Part shown: positions 1 to 11,500 of the stretch, piece after piece
How positions within the stretch are numbered: position 1 is the stretch's first letter
Layout of the letters: every line of letters starts with the position of its first letter
Source: Chromera velia
Lineage: Eukaryota
Length of the DNA: 59,621 bases
Direction: 5' to 3'
NCBI GenBank assembly: GCA_018398765.1
Contig: JAHBMJ010000031.1
Location: 1-59,621, forward strand
Position numbers and translations under genes: made by a program
Notes under the pieces: generated by a model
What the model saw: the letters and a program-made list of their open reading frames with translations, nothing else
Database searches by the model: none
What the model was told of the DNA's origin: nothing

Positions 1-43
1 TTTTCTTTCTTTCTTTCTTTTTTTCTTTCTTTCTTTCTTTTTT

Positions 44-75
<32 letters not shown>

Positions 76-180
76 TGTTTTTTGCTTGCTTTCTTTCTTT
101 CTTTTTTTCTTCCTTCCTTTCTTCCTGTCTTCCTTCCTTCCTTCCTTCCTTCCTTCCTTTCTTTCTTTCTTCCTTCCTTC

Positions 181-211
<31 letters not shown>

Positions 212-223
212 TTTGTCTTTCTG

Positions 224-259
<36 letters not shown>

Positions 260-348
260 GCTTTCTTGCTTTCTTTTTTTCTTCCTTCCTTTCTTCCTTT
301 CTTCCTTTCTTCCTTCCTTTCTTCCTTTCTTTCTCCCTTCCTTCCTTC

Positions 349-381
<33 letters not shown>

Positions 382-432
382 TTCCTTCCTTTCTTCCTTC
401 CTTCCTTCCTTCCTTTCTTCCTTCCTTCCTTC
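1..432. repeat. (TTTC)n/(CTTC)n pyrimidine microsatellite, probably intronic
   Basis: Near-pure C/T tetranucleotide repeats; the overlapping F/L/S ORFs are artefacts. Confidence 0.95.
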
Positions 433-629
433 ATGCCGCACCCATGATGCATCGTTTCTGTTTTCTTCCTGTCCTTACAAGCGCACGTACTCATGCATGG
501 ATGCACATGCTTTGCCCTACTTTTGTCCTTCACTCAAGTCCCCTTTTGGGTAAGCGTGTGGGCCGTGCTGAATGCCGAAAGCACACACGCCACAAAAGAT
601 GTGTGTGACATCCCTGACTGTGCGTGCAG

Positions 630-749
630 GCCGAGCAGAAGGCCAGGACCTCTGCAGCTTCCATCGATGCAGAGTTCGCAGCTGCCAAGGCAAAGCTCGA
701 CCTCCTCTCCAAACAGCTCTCCGACGCCAAAAGCCTCAAGGTCCAATAA
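630..749 (+). CDS. Terminal coding exon of a gene starting left of the window (coiled-coil-like peptide)
   Basis: Acceptor gtgcag at 624-629, then 39 GC3-rich codons AEQKARTSAASIDAEFAAAKAKLDLLSKQLSDAKSLKVQ and TAA at 747-749. Confidence 0.7.
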   Translation, partial: AEQKARTSAASIDAEFAAAKAKLDLLSKQLSDAKSLKVQ

Positions 750-2897
750 GAGTCTTATGGAGATTTGTTTTTGCCTTTATTTGACCACAACACACAAAAA
801 ACTCAAGGTCTAATAAGATATTTTTCTTTTGATACATCGAGTGTGTGACCTCAAGGGTATTTGTTTTTTTCTGCAGAAGAAGCCTATGAACACCTTTAGG
901 TTCCAAAGAAGAAGAGAGAGAAGTGGCGTGAGGAAAAAGAGAGAGGCACGCAGGCGGACAGCTACAGGACGGAGAGACGGAAAGATAAGGAAGTGGACCG
1001 ACAACCAGACAGACAGACAGACAGACAGACAGAGACAGAGAAAGTCAGCCGCAAGAAAAGAGAGACTGCAGAGTGAGATCAGACAAAGAGACTGAGAAAA
1101 GTGCAACAAGGAATGCAGGCAGAAAGAAGGAAGCGACTGACTACAGCAAGCGAACGAAGAGCTAGGCCTAGACAGACAGGCAGACAGACAGAGCTGATAC
1201 ATATCTCCATCGAACGATCGATCGATCGATTTTTTTCCTTTTCTTTTCTGTTCGCTGAGAAAGGGGAAGGGAAGGGAAGGGAAGGGAAGGAGAAAGTCGG
1301 TCGGGTCGCTGGTTTGATTGATGCCTTTGAAAAGCGAACACGGAGGGTTGAGGTGAACGAAAGAAACGATCCAGGAGGGAAAAAAAAAAACAGAGAGAGC
1401 GCGGGGGCGGCGCTTGAGGATGACCTCAAGAATCCTTCCCCAATGAGGCCTTCGACTCCGCGCACGTCACGGCACCGTTGGAAGAAGAAAGAAGAATCTT
1501 TGAGATTTGTTTTTTTAGTTTTTCTTCTTTCTTCTTTCAAAGGAAGGCCGCCTCGCGAGGGGGTTGCATTTATGTATGCATGTAGACTTTCGTTCTTTTT
1601 GTTTGTTTGTGAGGGCGGAGCATATGTGCAAGGATGTTGATCAACTTTGGTCTGACTGTGTATGCCAAAAGAAAAAAAGAAAACCAATGTAAAGGGAACT
1701 GAAGGGGCGAAGGAAGTCGTTGAGGTATGGGGAAAAACTGAAGAAGAAAACCGTTACGTTTGTGATCATTGTTGCACCCTCAAAAGGAGTCCAGAGAGAA
1801 GGCATTTTTTTTCTGTTCCATGGAGAGTTTGGACGGGAGTGAAACCGAGAATTGGCCCTTTCACTCCGAGCACACTTTGGCAGGGGAAGAAGAAACTCAG
1901 GGCACATCAGTACGAATTTTGTGGGTGGTGTTTGGGGACGAGACGTTTGTCTCTCTCCTTCTCTGCTTTTGTTTTTCTCAGGCCCAAAGGAAGGTACACT
2001 TAGGTAGCCGTTTCTTCGATCTCCTGGCCTCTTTCTTTGTGGGGCTCTGATCTTTCTTTGGACAAATTCTTGGGAGTAAGATTCGATTTGGCTTTGTTTG
2101 TTTGGGGTGCAGGGGCGACAGTCAGTGGGTCAAAATGATTTCTGTGATTTTCGGGGCAAAGTTGCCGTTGATGCAAGCCCTTGGGTGGACTGTGAGTGAT
2201 TGGCCGGTTGGCTCATTGGTGCATGCGTGGCCGGGTGTTTACGGTGGGTAATTTGACGCTTGGGCAACATTCGAATGATGGGGTGGCTGGAGTTTTTGAT
2301 TCTCTGCGTGAATGAATGGATGAATGAATGATTGAATAAATGAATAAATGTTCTTCAAGGGACCCGCTCGTCATCCGACTGGTCAACTAGCTGGTCAACT
2401 GTCTGATTGCATGAGTGTGTTTCTTTTTTGAATATATGGTTTGTCAACGAGTGAATGTGTACTTGCATAAGGAAATGCCTACTCTATCTGCGTTTCTGTC
2501 CCTTTTTTCAACGGCTGCATTTTTTTGGGCCGATCATTCTTGTGCGGAAAGTTGGGCCTGATGGCATGTGCTAGGGCATGTGTGAAAGGTGGAGGTGTAC
2601 ACTGTGCTAGACTAGGTGCTAGACCTAGTGCTAGACACTGTGTACAAGTGCGTTTCTAGCTATTAGAGTCATAATTAGACCCTACAAAAAGTTATAGAAA
2701 TATCATAGGAATCTTATATATAGTAGGAATCTTATGTATAGAAGTGTTATAAAAATCTGATAGAAATGTCATAGAAATCCTACTAGAAATCTAGGGTTCA
2801 AATCCTATTATAGAAATCAATAGAAGTCTGATAGTCAGTGATAGAGAGCTCTCTAACATTTCTATCAGATTTTTTATTATCATCATATCATACTGGC

Positions 2898-4803
2898 ATT
2901 GATTGATTGATTGATTGATTGATATGTTCCGCCCTAGGGCCTTTCCGCTATGTCTATCTGTCGCCTATACGCCATCGTCCGACTCGTCTACCCAGACTAC
3001 TAGTCTGGCCTTTAAGACTTCCAACGTTTGGCTACGTTTGGCAAAAGACAAGCTCGGCAGCGCTCTCCCAAACTTAGGCCTAAAGCTAGACCTAAAGGAG
3101 AAAGCACACGCAAAGCTATATATATAGATGCAAAAACATGAGAAATAACCCCCAGTAGCTTAAAAGAGGCTTGTCTTAAATATAACCTATTATATGAGTA
3201 ACGGTCGGCTTTGAAAGCTACTCTGTATGATTAAAAAATAGCAGAGCCTTTGTTGAGGGGTACTAGGCTGCCCACCTTCTCCTATCCCGTCTGTCTCTTT
3301 TTCTCTTTTCTTTAATTATTCTCTTTACTTTTCTCTAACTGCCGGCAACTGTTACTTGTATACTGGGAGTCTGGGAAGCCTACGCTATACTATGCCATCA
3401 CAGTGGTCATAAAGTGCTCTATGGCATCTGCATCCGTATGACTTGTTATCCTGCCTGAGGTGAAAACCCTCCTTCAAGCTAGCCCTCAAGTCATGCCCCC
3501 AAATGACATTGTTCGCCATCTCCTCCGAGTTTTTTTTTTAAAAAATCTACATAGCATTCTCTTATAAAAAACTGGCTGCGGCCTAGGCGATGCACAGTGG
3601 TAAAAAAAAAAAAAAAATAGACCTTTCCAGATTTTTTTTTTTCTTTTTTTCTACAAAGGATTTCCTAGAGCACCTCTAGGAGTACCTAGAGGAGCACCTT
3701 TTAGAAGTACTTTTAAACTAAGTTCCTCGTGAACTTATTACTCAACTCAAAGTTTTAAACATCTTTCAACCCTAGTTGCAACCCTAGTTCTAGTCCTAGT
3801 TGTTATTGTACGTTTGTCTTGTCTCTACTAGTGTCTCTACTAGTGTCTTCACCATTCCATCATCGACTTTGTTGAACACGGACTAACCGATCTTTTTTCC
3901 CTTGTTCAACTGCACTGTCACTAGACTTTTCTCTCTTCTCTTTGCTGTGTCTGTTAAAAAAACTAACCATGTCTTCTTGTTTTCCATTCACATTGACTTG
4001 CATCCGCCCTTTCTTTCTCATAAATTCTGCAGCCACTTCAGCATCATCCCCACGTGGTATCGACTCGTGCTCTTAGTATCCTAGATATGATTCAAACTCT
4101 AGTTGAAGCTAGTCATTTAACCTTTATTTTTTTTTATATATACAATAAAATTAAAAAAAAAAAAAAGAATAGACGTTTTCAGATTTTTTTTTTTTTTACC
4201 ACTGTGCGTCGCCTAGGCTACGGCTGTGAGCGCGGCTTATCGATCTGGTTGGCAGTGAAGGAATGGGGAAACCTGAATCGCAAGGCGTTGATATCTACCC
4301 CCAGGCATGATATTGTGAGTGCAAGGTCACGGGCACGGCTATTCTATCATGGTTCTGGATCTGTTTGAACCTCACTTTGAGCTGGTATGCCCAGCTTGCA
4401 GGCATTTCCTCAGTTGGTTGAAGCTCTGAGGTTGTTATGATAATCGAGGGTTTTATTATGCATGGGTGTGTTTTGCTTCCTCTGTTTGCTTTGTCGTATC
4501 TTTTTGGAGCATCACTGCTTGTTCCGGAGGGAGAGGGATACTTGCATGGTGATTGATAGCGACTCCGGGTGCCTCAACTGCGTAACGTCTGCATTGAAAA
4601 ACGTGGGGAACAGAAGTTCGCAAAGCCATCTCCAACTGTTATATTTATAGAAAAAGCTTACTGTATTAGGAACTGAAAGCCTTCTGCGGCGTTCTACAAG
4701 CCTAAAGACTGCGGCTATATAAGGCTGCCTGACAGTGTTTGTTTGTCTAGCTACTCTCTCTGCACCAATGTTAAGCTTTGAAGCCTGGAAAACAATCAAT
4801 CAA
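2898..4803. mobile_element. Decayed element with (TTGA)n left end and AATC-repeat right end; hosts a nested MITE
   Basis: Left end gattgattgatatgttccgccctagggcc..ccgctatgt.tatctgtcgcc (~2898-2965) is nearly identical to ~52930-53001. Right end acaatcaatcaa at ~4792-4803 is tentative. Confidence 0.45.
3572..4227. mobile_element. MITE with terminal inverted repeats containing CACAGTG followed by an A-tract
   Basis: gcctaggcgatgcacagtggtaaaaaaaa (from 3581) is the inverted complement of ttttttttaccactgtgcgtcgcctaggc (to 4218); mismatches are mostly transitions; no ORF. Confidence 0.75.
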
Positions 4804-5340
4804 CTCGCAACGTTTGCTGCATATAGCTGCTACCATGGTTACCCAAGCTTGGCTTGCCGCTTTGGTTTACTGCTTTTAATTTAAAAATTAGTTTGCCGCC
4901 TTAGCTTGGCGCTTTGGCTTGCCCTAGAGCTTGCCGCTTTGGCTTGTCAATGAATTGAAGTTAAAACCTTTAAACCTTGGGCTATTAGACTCCACCAAAA
5001 AAATTGACTTAAAAAGTTTTAGTACAACTATCAAATGCATCGGAAGTTAACAAGGTTTACACAGGTTTACGCTTTATAATATGAGTCTTAAAACCTAGAA
5101 ATCTATAGCTTTAAAGTGCTTAACTACAGAAATTAAGCCTATCTTAGAGTTCCATGCATAACGAGCGTTATACATATAAGAGGTGGTCAGTCGCTCACTT
5201 GGTCCGGTCTGGGGGTGTCCGACCGTGCGAGACAAGTTGCGTGTGAGATGTTTGGTCGGTCGTTGGTATGCCATTTGGTTGGTCAGACAGTCAGTACAGT
5301 TCAGTCACTCAATCACTCACTCAATCAGACTGAGTGAGTT

Positions 5341-5650
5341 AAGTCACTTCAGTCAGTGAGTCACACAAGCAGTCAAATCAGTTCAGTCAGTCAGGCGGTT
5401 GGTCGGTCAGCATCGGCTAGTCACTTGAGTCAGTCAGTCACTTACTTTTCTGAACCCTCCCTCCCTCCCTCCCTCGTGGAAAAATGTAGGTCTCCTGCAA
5501 TTTTTCTCATAGAGGCGCATAGAGGGAGGTTGAAAAAGTTTAGAAAAGTAACTGACTGACTGACTGACTTAAGTGACTAACCAGGTGACTGACCGACGCT
5601 GATCGACCAACCAGCTAGTATAGTCAGTAACGTCTGACTGAAGTGAGCTT
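5341..5650. repeat. Foldback/hairpin element built from CAGT/ACTG repeats
   Basis: aagtcacttcagtcag pairs with ctgactgaagtgagctt; ggttggtcggtcagcatcgg pairs with ccgacgctgatcgaccaacc; ttacttttctgaac pairs with gtttagaaaagtaa; central gaaaaat..atttttc stem. Confidence 0.7.
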
Positions 5651-5948
5651 TTTAAAAGACCGCTATACTGCAGCTATTACAACTTTTTAAAGGATACAAT
5701 CCTAGAATACAATCACACAAGTTTTTAAATTATTATTTGTATTACACTAGGTATTATAACTTTGAAAACGGTGTACGCCGACCTCCGGCAGTGGACCACA
5801 AGCCGCCGCAAGCAAAACGCAGAACATCAATGCTATATCAATGCTTAATATCAATGCTATACTATATAATACTATATTTTTATGATTATGTTTTAATTAT
5901 GTTTTAGTCTAGGCGTATTATAGAAAAAAAAATAATTTAAGGCTTTTA

Positions 5949-6304
5949 AGCTAGGGGTTATGAAAAAAAAAAAAAGGTCTCCAGGACAATTTTTTTTTTG
6001 TTTGTTTTTCGATTATGACCTCTATCAAGACATGACAAGCATATGCGACACCTTGTAACATAAAAACAACAGTTGTATAACAGTGCAACAATATTCATTT
6101 ATCATTATTTTATTATTATAATAAAGAAATATAAAGAAACAATAGTATAACAACACTTAAACAACACTTGTTGATTTGTGCAACACATCAACAACACTTA
6201 AACAACATGTTTTTTAGTTTGACGTCAGAAAAAAAACGAAAAACAAAAAAGTAAAAATGATCAAAAAAAAATGTTTTTTTTTTTTTGAAAATAACCCCCA
6301 GCTT
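5949..6304. mobile_element. Putative AT-rich MITE
   Basis: aagctaggggttat followed by an A-tract at the left; T-tract followed by ataacccccagctt at the right (imperfect inverted repeat). Confidence 0.45.
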
Positions 6305-6882
6305 TTAAGCCCTTTCTCGCTTAATTTTTTTTTTTTACCCGACGATGTTAGGTGATAAACAACTGTTGTTAACTGTTATTCAAGTGTTACATAACTACTA
6401 GCTGTTGTTTGCTTAATGTTAGAAGTATCTAGCTAGCTCTGGATATGGATGACGATGGCGTATCATAGTTATAGTCATAGTCCTAGATAAATGTTGCTTA
6501 GGTGCATGCTATGCAAAAAAAAAATAATAATCAAATTTTGATTTACTTTTTTTTTTGCTGTGATACGCTTAGGCTTTAGTAGCCTTTCATTCGTTTTCCG
6601 TATGTCATATACTTATAAAAATCGTGTGTTTATCAATGCTATATATGCTCATGGTATGCTTAGTATGCTATTTAGATCGAGCAAAAAGTTTTTTATAGAG
6701 TAAAATTTACACTGTAAAAACGGCCATGCTTACAGCCTTAAAACATAAAAAGGTTATATAACCGATAGGTTAACCAAAGAAAAAAGCTACTATTTAACCG
6801 TAATTTTTAACTTTTTAACGGTTATTGATGGCCAATTCAGTCTAAGCATGGATTATATATATATATATATATATATATATAA

Positions 6883-7222
6883 GCCCTGGCCCTTGAATTG
6901 TGACCACTCAACTACTCTTTGTATCGACTGATCTATATGGATGAATCTGTATGGTTTTCTTTTTCATTTTTCAATTCTTTTTTTTTTTTGTAAAAAAAAA
7001 ATGGCCAGCTCCAAGTGGGGCCCTATCTGAAAGCGGTGTAAGCGCTAGCTCTCATCGCGCATGCGCGCATCGACGACAGACGTGCAACAATGGTGCAAAA
7101 TATAACAGCAAAGGGTGACATGGTGTTTGTCTGTGTGCGAGTCAGTAGGTGTCGGCAGGTGTTTGTCTGTAGGTACGTTAGGGTGGTATACGCCGACTTG
7201 GTCATAATTCAAGGGCCAGGGC
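6883..7222. mobile_element. MITE with 24-bp TIRs inserted in a (TA)n tract (Tc1/mariner-like target)
   Basis: gccctggcccttgaattgtgacca ... tggtcataattcaagggccagggc (1 transition mismatch), flanked by TA runs on both sides. Confidence 0.85.
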
Positions 7223-8528
7223 ATATATATAAAGATTCTGAACAAGAATATAATATATAAGTATATTAAAAAAAATATTGCCTCTGTGTCCCATTTCACT
7301 ATAATACACTCAAATTAAAATATAATATATATGTATATACTATATATAGAATCCAGGCCTCGAATTCGGTTTGGTTCATGCAGTTCATAACTTATTTGAA
7401 GTTATTTCCCATCCAGGGCCATCCTTAGTCCCATCCCTATGGACTCTATTATATGCATGAAGCCCAAATGATTAGAGTAACTAAGAACACTAATTAAAGT
7501 GTGAAATATGTAAAATGAAACTGCACTATTTAAACTAGTGTTTAAGATACTCTGTTTGCACTGTTGAACTCAGTTTATTTGGATGCTAGTTTAGACGATA
7601 GACTTTGTTCTTCTTCCCTTCTCTCCCTTCCTCCCCAAGGTCCGTAACCGTCCGCTTTTAAAATGGGGCCTTTCTATTATTATTATTGAATTCATCACAC
7701 GCCTTCACCATGTTGCCCTATTTCTAGGCGTCTGGCGGCACTAGTAGCGGCAATCGGGCGGCAATGCACGAGGCAGTTTGGTTGTTCACCATGGCATACC
7801 ACTATGATTCAATCCACTGCCACAGTGATTCACTCTGCATGCCCTCTTTCTTTCAAACCCCTGAAGCCACCTCAGGTGCAGCAAGCTTGCGCATGAGTGA
7901 CGGTGCATAGCTGATGGGAGGTTGTTAGCCAGCCATGCCAAGCCAATTAATAGCGCCAGCCCCATGCATCCTCTCTGGTACTTTGCCAAAGTTTTCGTCA
8001 CACGGCATTCCCACCCACCCCAGACTTCTTTCCCTGTTCAAGCGCCCTCTTTTCCTTCCGTATTGCCTTTTTGAGATCAAAGGGGCCACCCGCCGAAGTT
8101 AGTGCGCTTCACTCATACGGCTGTTGAGGCAAAAAGCTAGAAAAAAGGCAGACCAGAAACACAAACATGTCTCGCCTTCCACACATCCTCCACATCATCA
8201 GTGGGTAGCGCAGGCTAACTCAGCAATCCATGGCTCTCGGAAAGCTTTTGACGGTACATCTGGGCAGAGTTGAAAGAACGCCTGTCAACACTGACTTGAC
8301 AGGGGACACCAAATTTTATTTTTGGGCCTGAGTGTTGGACTGCAGTACCACTAGAGTGTTAGAGGAGTGTAAAGTTTTTTTTAATGGGGGGACGGGCGAT
8401 ATAAAGATGCTTCTATTCTTTCCTTTCTCCCGCTCCTTCCATTGGCCTTAGGCTTGCAGCTGGCCCTATGCGAGGAGCGTCCCCGTGCCCTGCATGGACA
8501 TTGGCCTTAGACTGGAACCTTCCAGAGA

Positions 8529-11500
8529 CTAAGGAAGATTGGTGACTCTGTTTACACTTGCGGGGACGTCTGCAAGGCTCTGCTGGAGGGCGTTGGGGGA
8601 AGGCAGAGATTTTGCTTTCTTTGGGTGTGTTTGCTTCTTCCTGCAGTTCTTCGATCTGCAGACTGTGTCAGTCTCTTTTCTGATTCGGTCATGGCATCTG
8701 CACTCGGAAGAGGCGAAGGCTGAGAGGGAAGAAAGGGCTCTCTTGGTGTCCTTCCGCATCCACTCTCTGCCCTCCTGAGTGGAGGTAGAAGAAGAGGACA
8801 ACCCCCCTTCTGCCTCACCACCGCTCTTGTTCTCAGCACGCTCACGCCCCCCCTCCTCTTCTACCATCAATTCCTCTTCATCTTCTCTCTCTTCTGCTTT
8901 CTTTTTGGATGCCTCGATAGTTGCAAAGAAGGAGGACAGGGAGAGCTCAGCAGAACCCCCCCCCGAGGCTTCAACAAGACGGGAGAAGGAAAACTCCTGG
9001 AAGGCCTCGGAGAACTTTTGCGCCTCTGACAAAATGCGGAACGAGAACAGACGGACATCATGAAGCTCAGAGGGGGAAGGGGGGGAAAGGGGGTGAGAGC
9101 CATAGACGGTCTGTCCTCCCTCAGCGTTCTGTGCATTCTCCTCTTACTCTTCTTCAGCAACGTCTTTGGAGACAGAGTGAGACTTTGTGAGTGCAGGGGA
9201 GTTGTCATCAGCTTCGGCTTCTGTTCTGCGAGTCATCGTCTCATGGTGCAGCTGTCGGTGTGCCCTCACATTACTCTCACTGGTTTGTAAGAGAGACACG
9301 GAGTATTTCTCTTCCCTCTTGATGTCTCCTCCCTTCCTTTCTCCTCCCTGCTGAGAGGAAGAAGGCAAGGAAGGAAGAAGACCAAAGCGGTGGCTCTGGT
9401 TCCACAAGTCCTCTGAGTGGGCGACGCTCTCCAGCCAGGAGAGGATATGGACGGAAGAGGAAACGAGATGAGAAAGGGTCAGGGGGCCGTGGGTCAGTCT
9501 GCGACACCACATGGATACCAGAGCTACGAACGTATCCTTGGACTTCCCAACCTCCTCCTCGCATCCGCCCACCACTCCCTGTCTCCCAGAAGGGGAAGAA
9601 AGAGGACGAGACGGCAATGCGTTGTGGATGCTTTGGAGACGGCTGAGAGGGAGGGGCCCATGGAAGAGCGGGCTGTTGGGAAGGGAGGTGAGCAAAGACT
9701 TTCGCTCTGCTGGGGAGAGCAGACGAGAGATCTCTTTGTAGGGGAGGGACTCTAGTGCCTGAGCGTAGACAGACAGAAGCCGCCACACAAACGACTCATC
9801 CATCACCTGTCCGGCAAGGGTGCCGAGCTTCTCTCTAGTCCCTTGGAATGTCTGCAGCAGTTCTGTCTGCATCTTCTGACGGGACTTCCAAATCTGGTCC
9901 CACAAAGGCACTAGACGCTCTTCGAATGCTCTTTGCTGTCTCTTCTTGCTCAATCCTTCTGCATGCTTCCCTGAATCAACATGGAGCCAGTGAAGAATCT
10001 CTTTGACTGCCTCCCTCTCTACCTGGAGATGCGCACGGGACTGCGAAACGAAAGTGCCGATTTCCAAGGAGACACTCTCTATGATTGAAGCTGCCTCCTT
10101 CGACTCTGCGAGCACTGCCCTGACTGATGCTGCCTCCACTGATGCGGTCATACGGTCCGTGTGGTTGGGGGATGCTTCAGTGAAGGGGGCGGAGGACATC
10201 GGCGGAGATTCCAAGGAGAGGATCAGCCGGCCAAGGAGGGGCAGGCCCTGGGTATCCGTCCTGAGTGTGATGACCTGACGTTGGGCTTTCTGAATCTGTC
10301 TGTCGACTTTTGAGAGTTCCTTCTCTCTGCGTGAGAGGACTTCGGAGAGTTCAGACAGAACCGTCTCGCTCTCTGAACGCACACGCTCAGCAATCAACAG
10401 GCTATCTGACACCCCTTTTGTCCTCTGCTCTCCCTCTCCCCCCATTGATAGAAGAGAGTCGGCAAAGACTCCGTACTTTCCCAGATGACCCTCCAGATCT
10501 GTTCTACTTCTGTTTACCCTCGCAATCACCTTCTCTGCTGCGTCTGCGATGAGGGAGTCGAATTTCTCTCTCTTCTCCTTCTCCTTTGTCTCCTCTTCTA
10601 ACGCCGAATGACGGAAGGGCACTGCTGCTGCGTCGTTCTCTTTCGATGAATGCAGAAGAGCGAGGGCGGCCTCAATCTCTTTCTCGGCGTCTCCGATCGA
10701 ATGCAGACAGGCGCGCTCAGTCTGCCGAGCTAAGCCTTCCAGACTGCTGACAAATTGGGTGACCTCCTGGTGAGGCATTCGAGAGAGACGGGACTCCAGA
10801 TGCTTTTTAGAGTCCTCTGAGGACAGAATTTGGGGGAGGGGCAGGGCGTCCTTCTGCTGTTGTAGGACGGGGAGGAGACTCTCAAATTCGGAGGAAATGC
10901 ATGCAAGGAGCCTGCCTGAATGGGAGAGAGCTGAAGTCTTTTTCCCTTTGTCTGCCTCTCTTCCTCCCGCAGTCACCTCTGGTGCCGCGACGGTCCGTCT
11001 GCACTCGTGCAGCTGCTGCAGGCCTACTTTGTTTTTAATCTCCTCCACGTGGTAGTCCTGCAACATACATAGAAGCAAAAAGGAGTTAGAAAGGCATCCG
11101 TTTTCATGCACACGCATAGCCACCTTGCAGGGAAGTACAGAGGGCCTGGGACAGTCCAAGCGAAACCAAGTTAGAAAGGAAGAGAAGGAAAAACGATGAA
11201 GAACAAAAAAAGACGAAAACACATCAACGAGTTGCTCAGGCCAATAATACAGGACGCAAAGCAATACAAGCCGGGAAAGATGTTCCCACTTTCAAGCAAC
11301 AGAACGCAAACAATGAACAAGCAAAGCTGCAGGAGACATGCAAAAAGAACGTGAACTTGTTATCGCAGATACACGAACAAGCGACAGTTCAAGAGGCAAG
11401 GGGCCAACCTGCAGCTTCGCCAGCCAGTCGATCAGCTGCTCGACGTAGGAGAAGTGGTGGGTCATGCGATTGAGAATGTTCCCCTGCAAAGTGAAAAGCG

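Noticed and set aside
75..608. ORFs rich in F/L/S, H/T, C/V or K/E/R (also 13593-14291, 24719-25902, 25941-26691)
   Set aside because: Translations of stop-free microsatellites; no coding signal.
7700..8400. Possible decayed coding fragments (also 23760-24800, 31330-31650, 38900-39400, 58850-59300)
   Set aside because: Coding-like composition but multiple stops and no motif I can assign.
9144..11057. Atg11/Atg17-like identity for the large coiled-coil gene
   Set aside because: Only vague helical resemblance (e.g. YAQALE..EISR); no diagnostic motif, so left as hypothetical.
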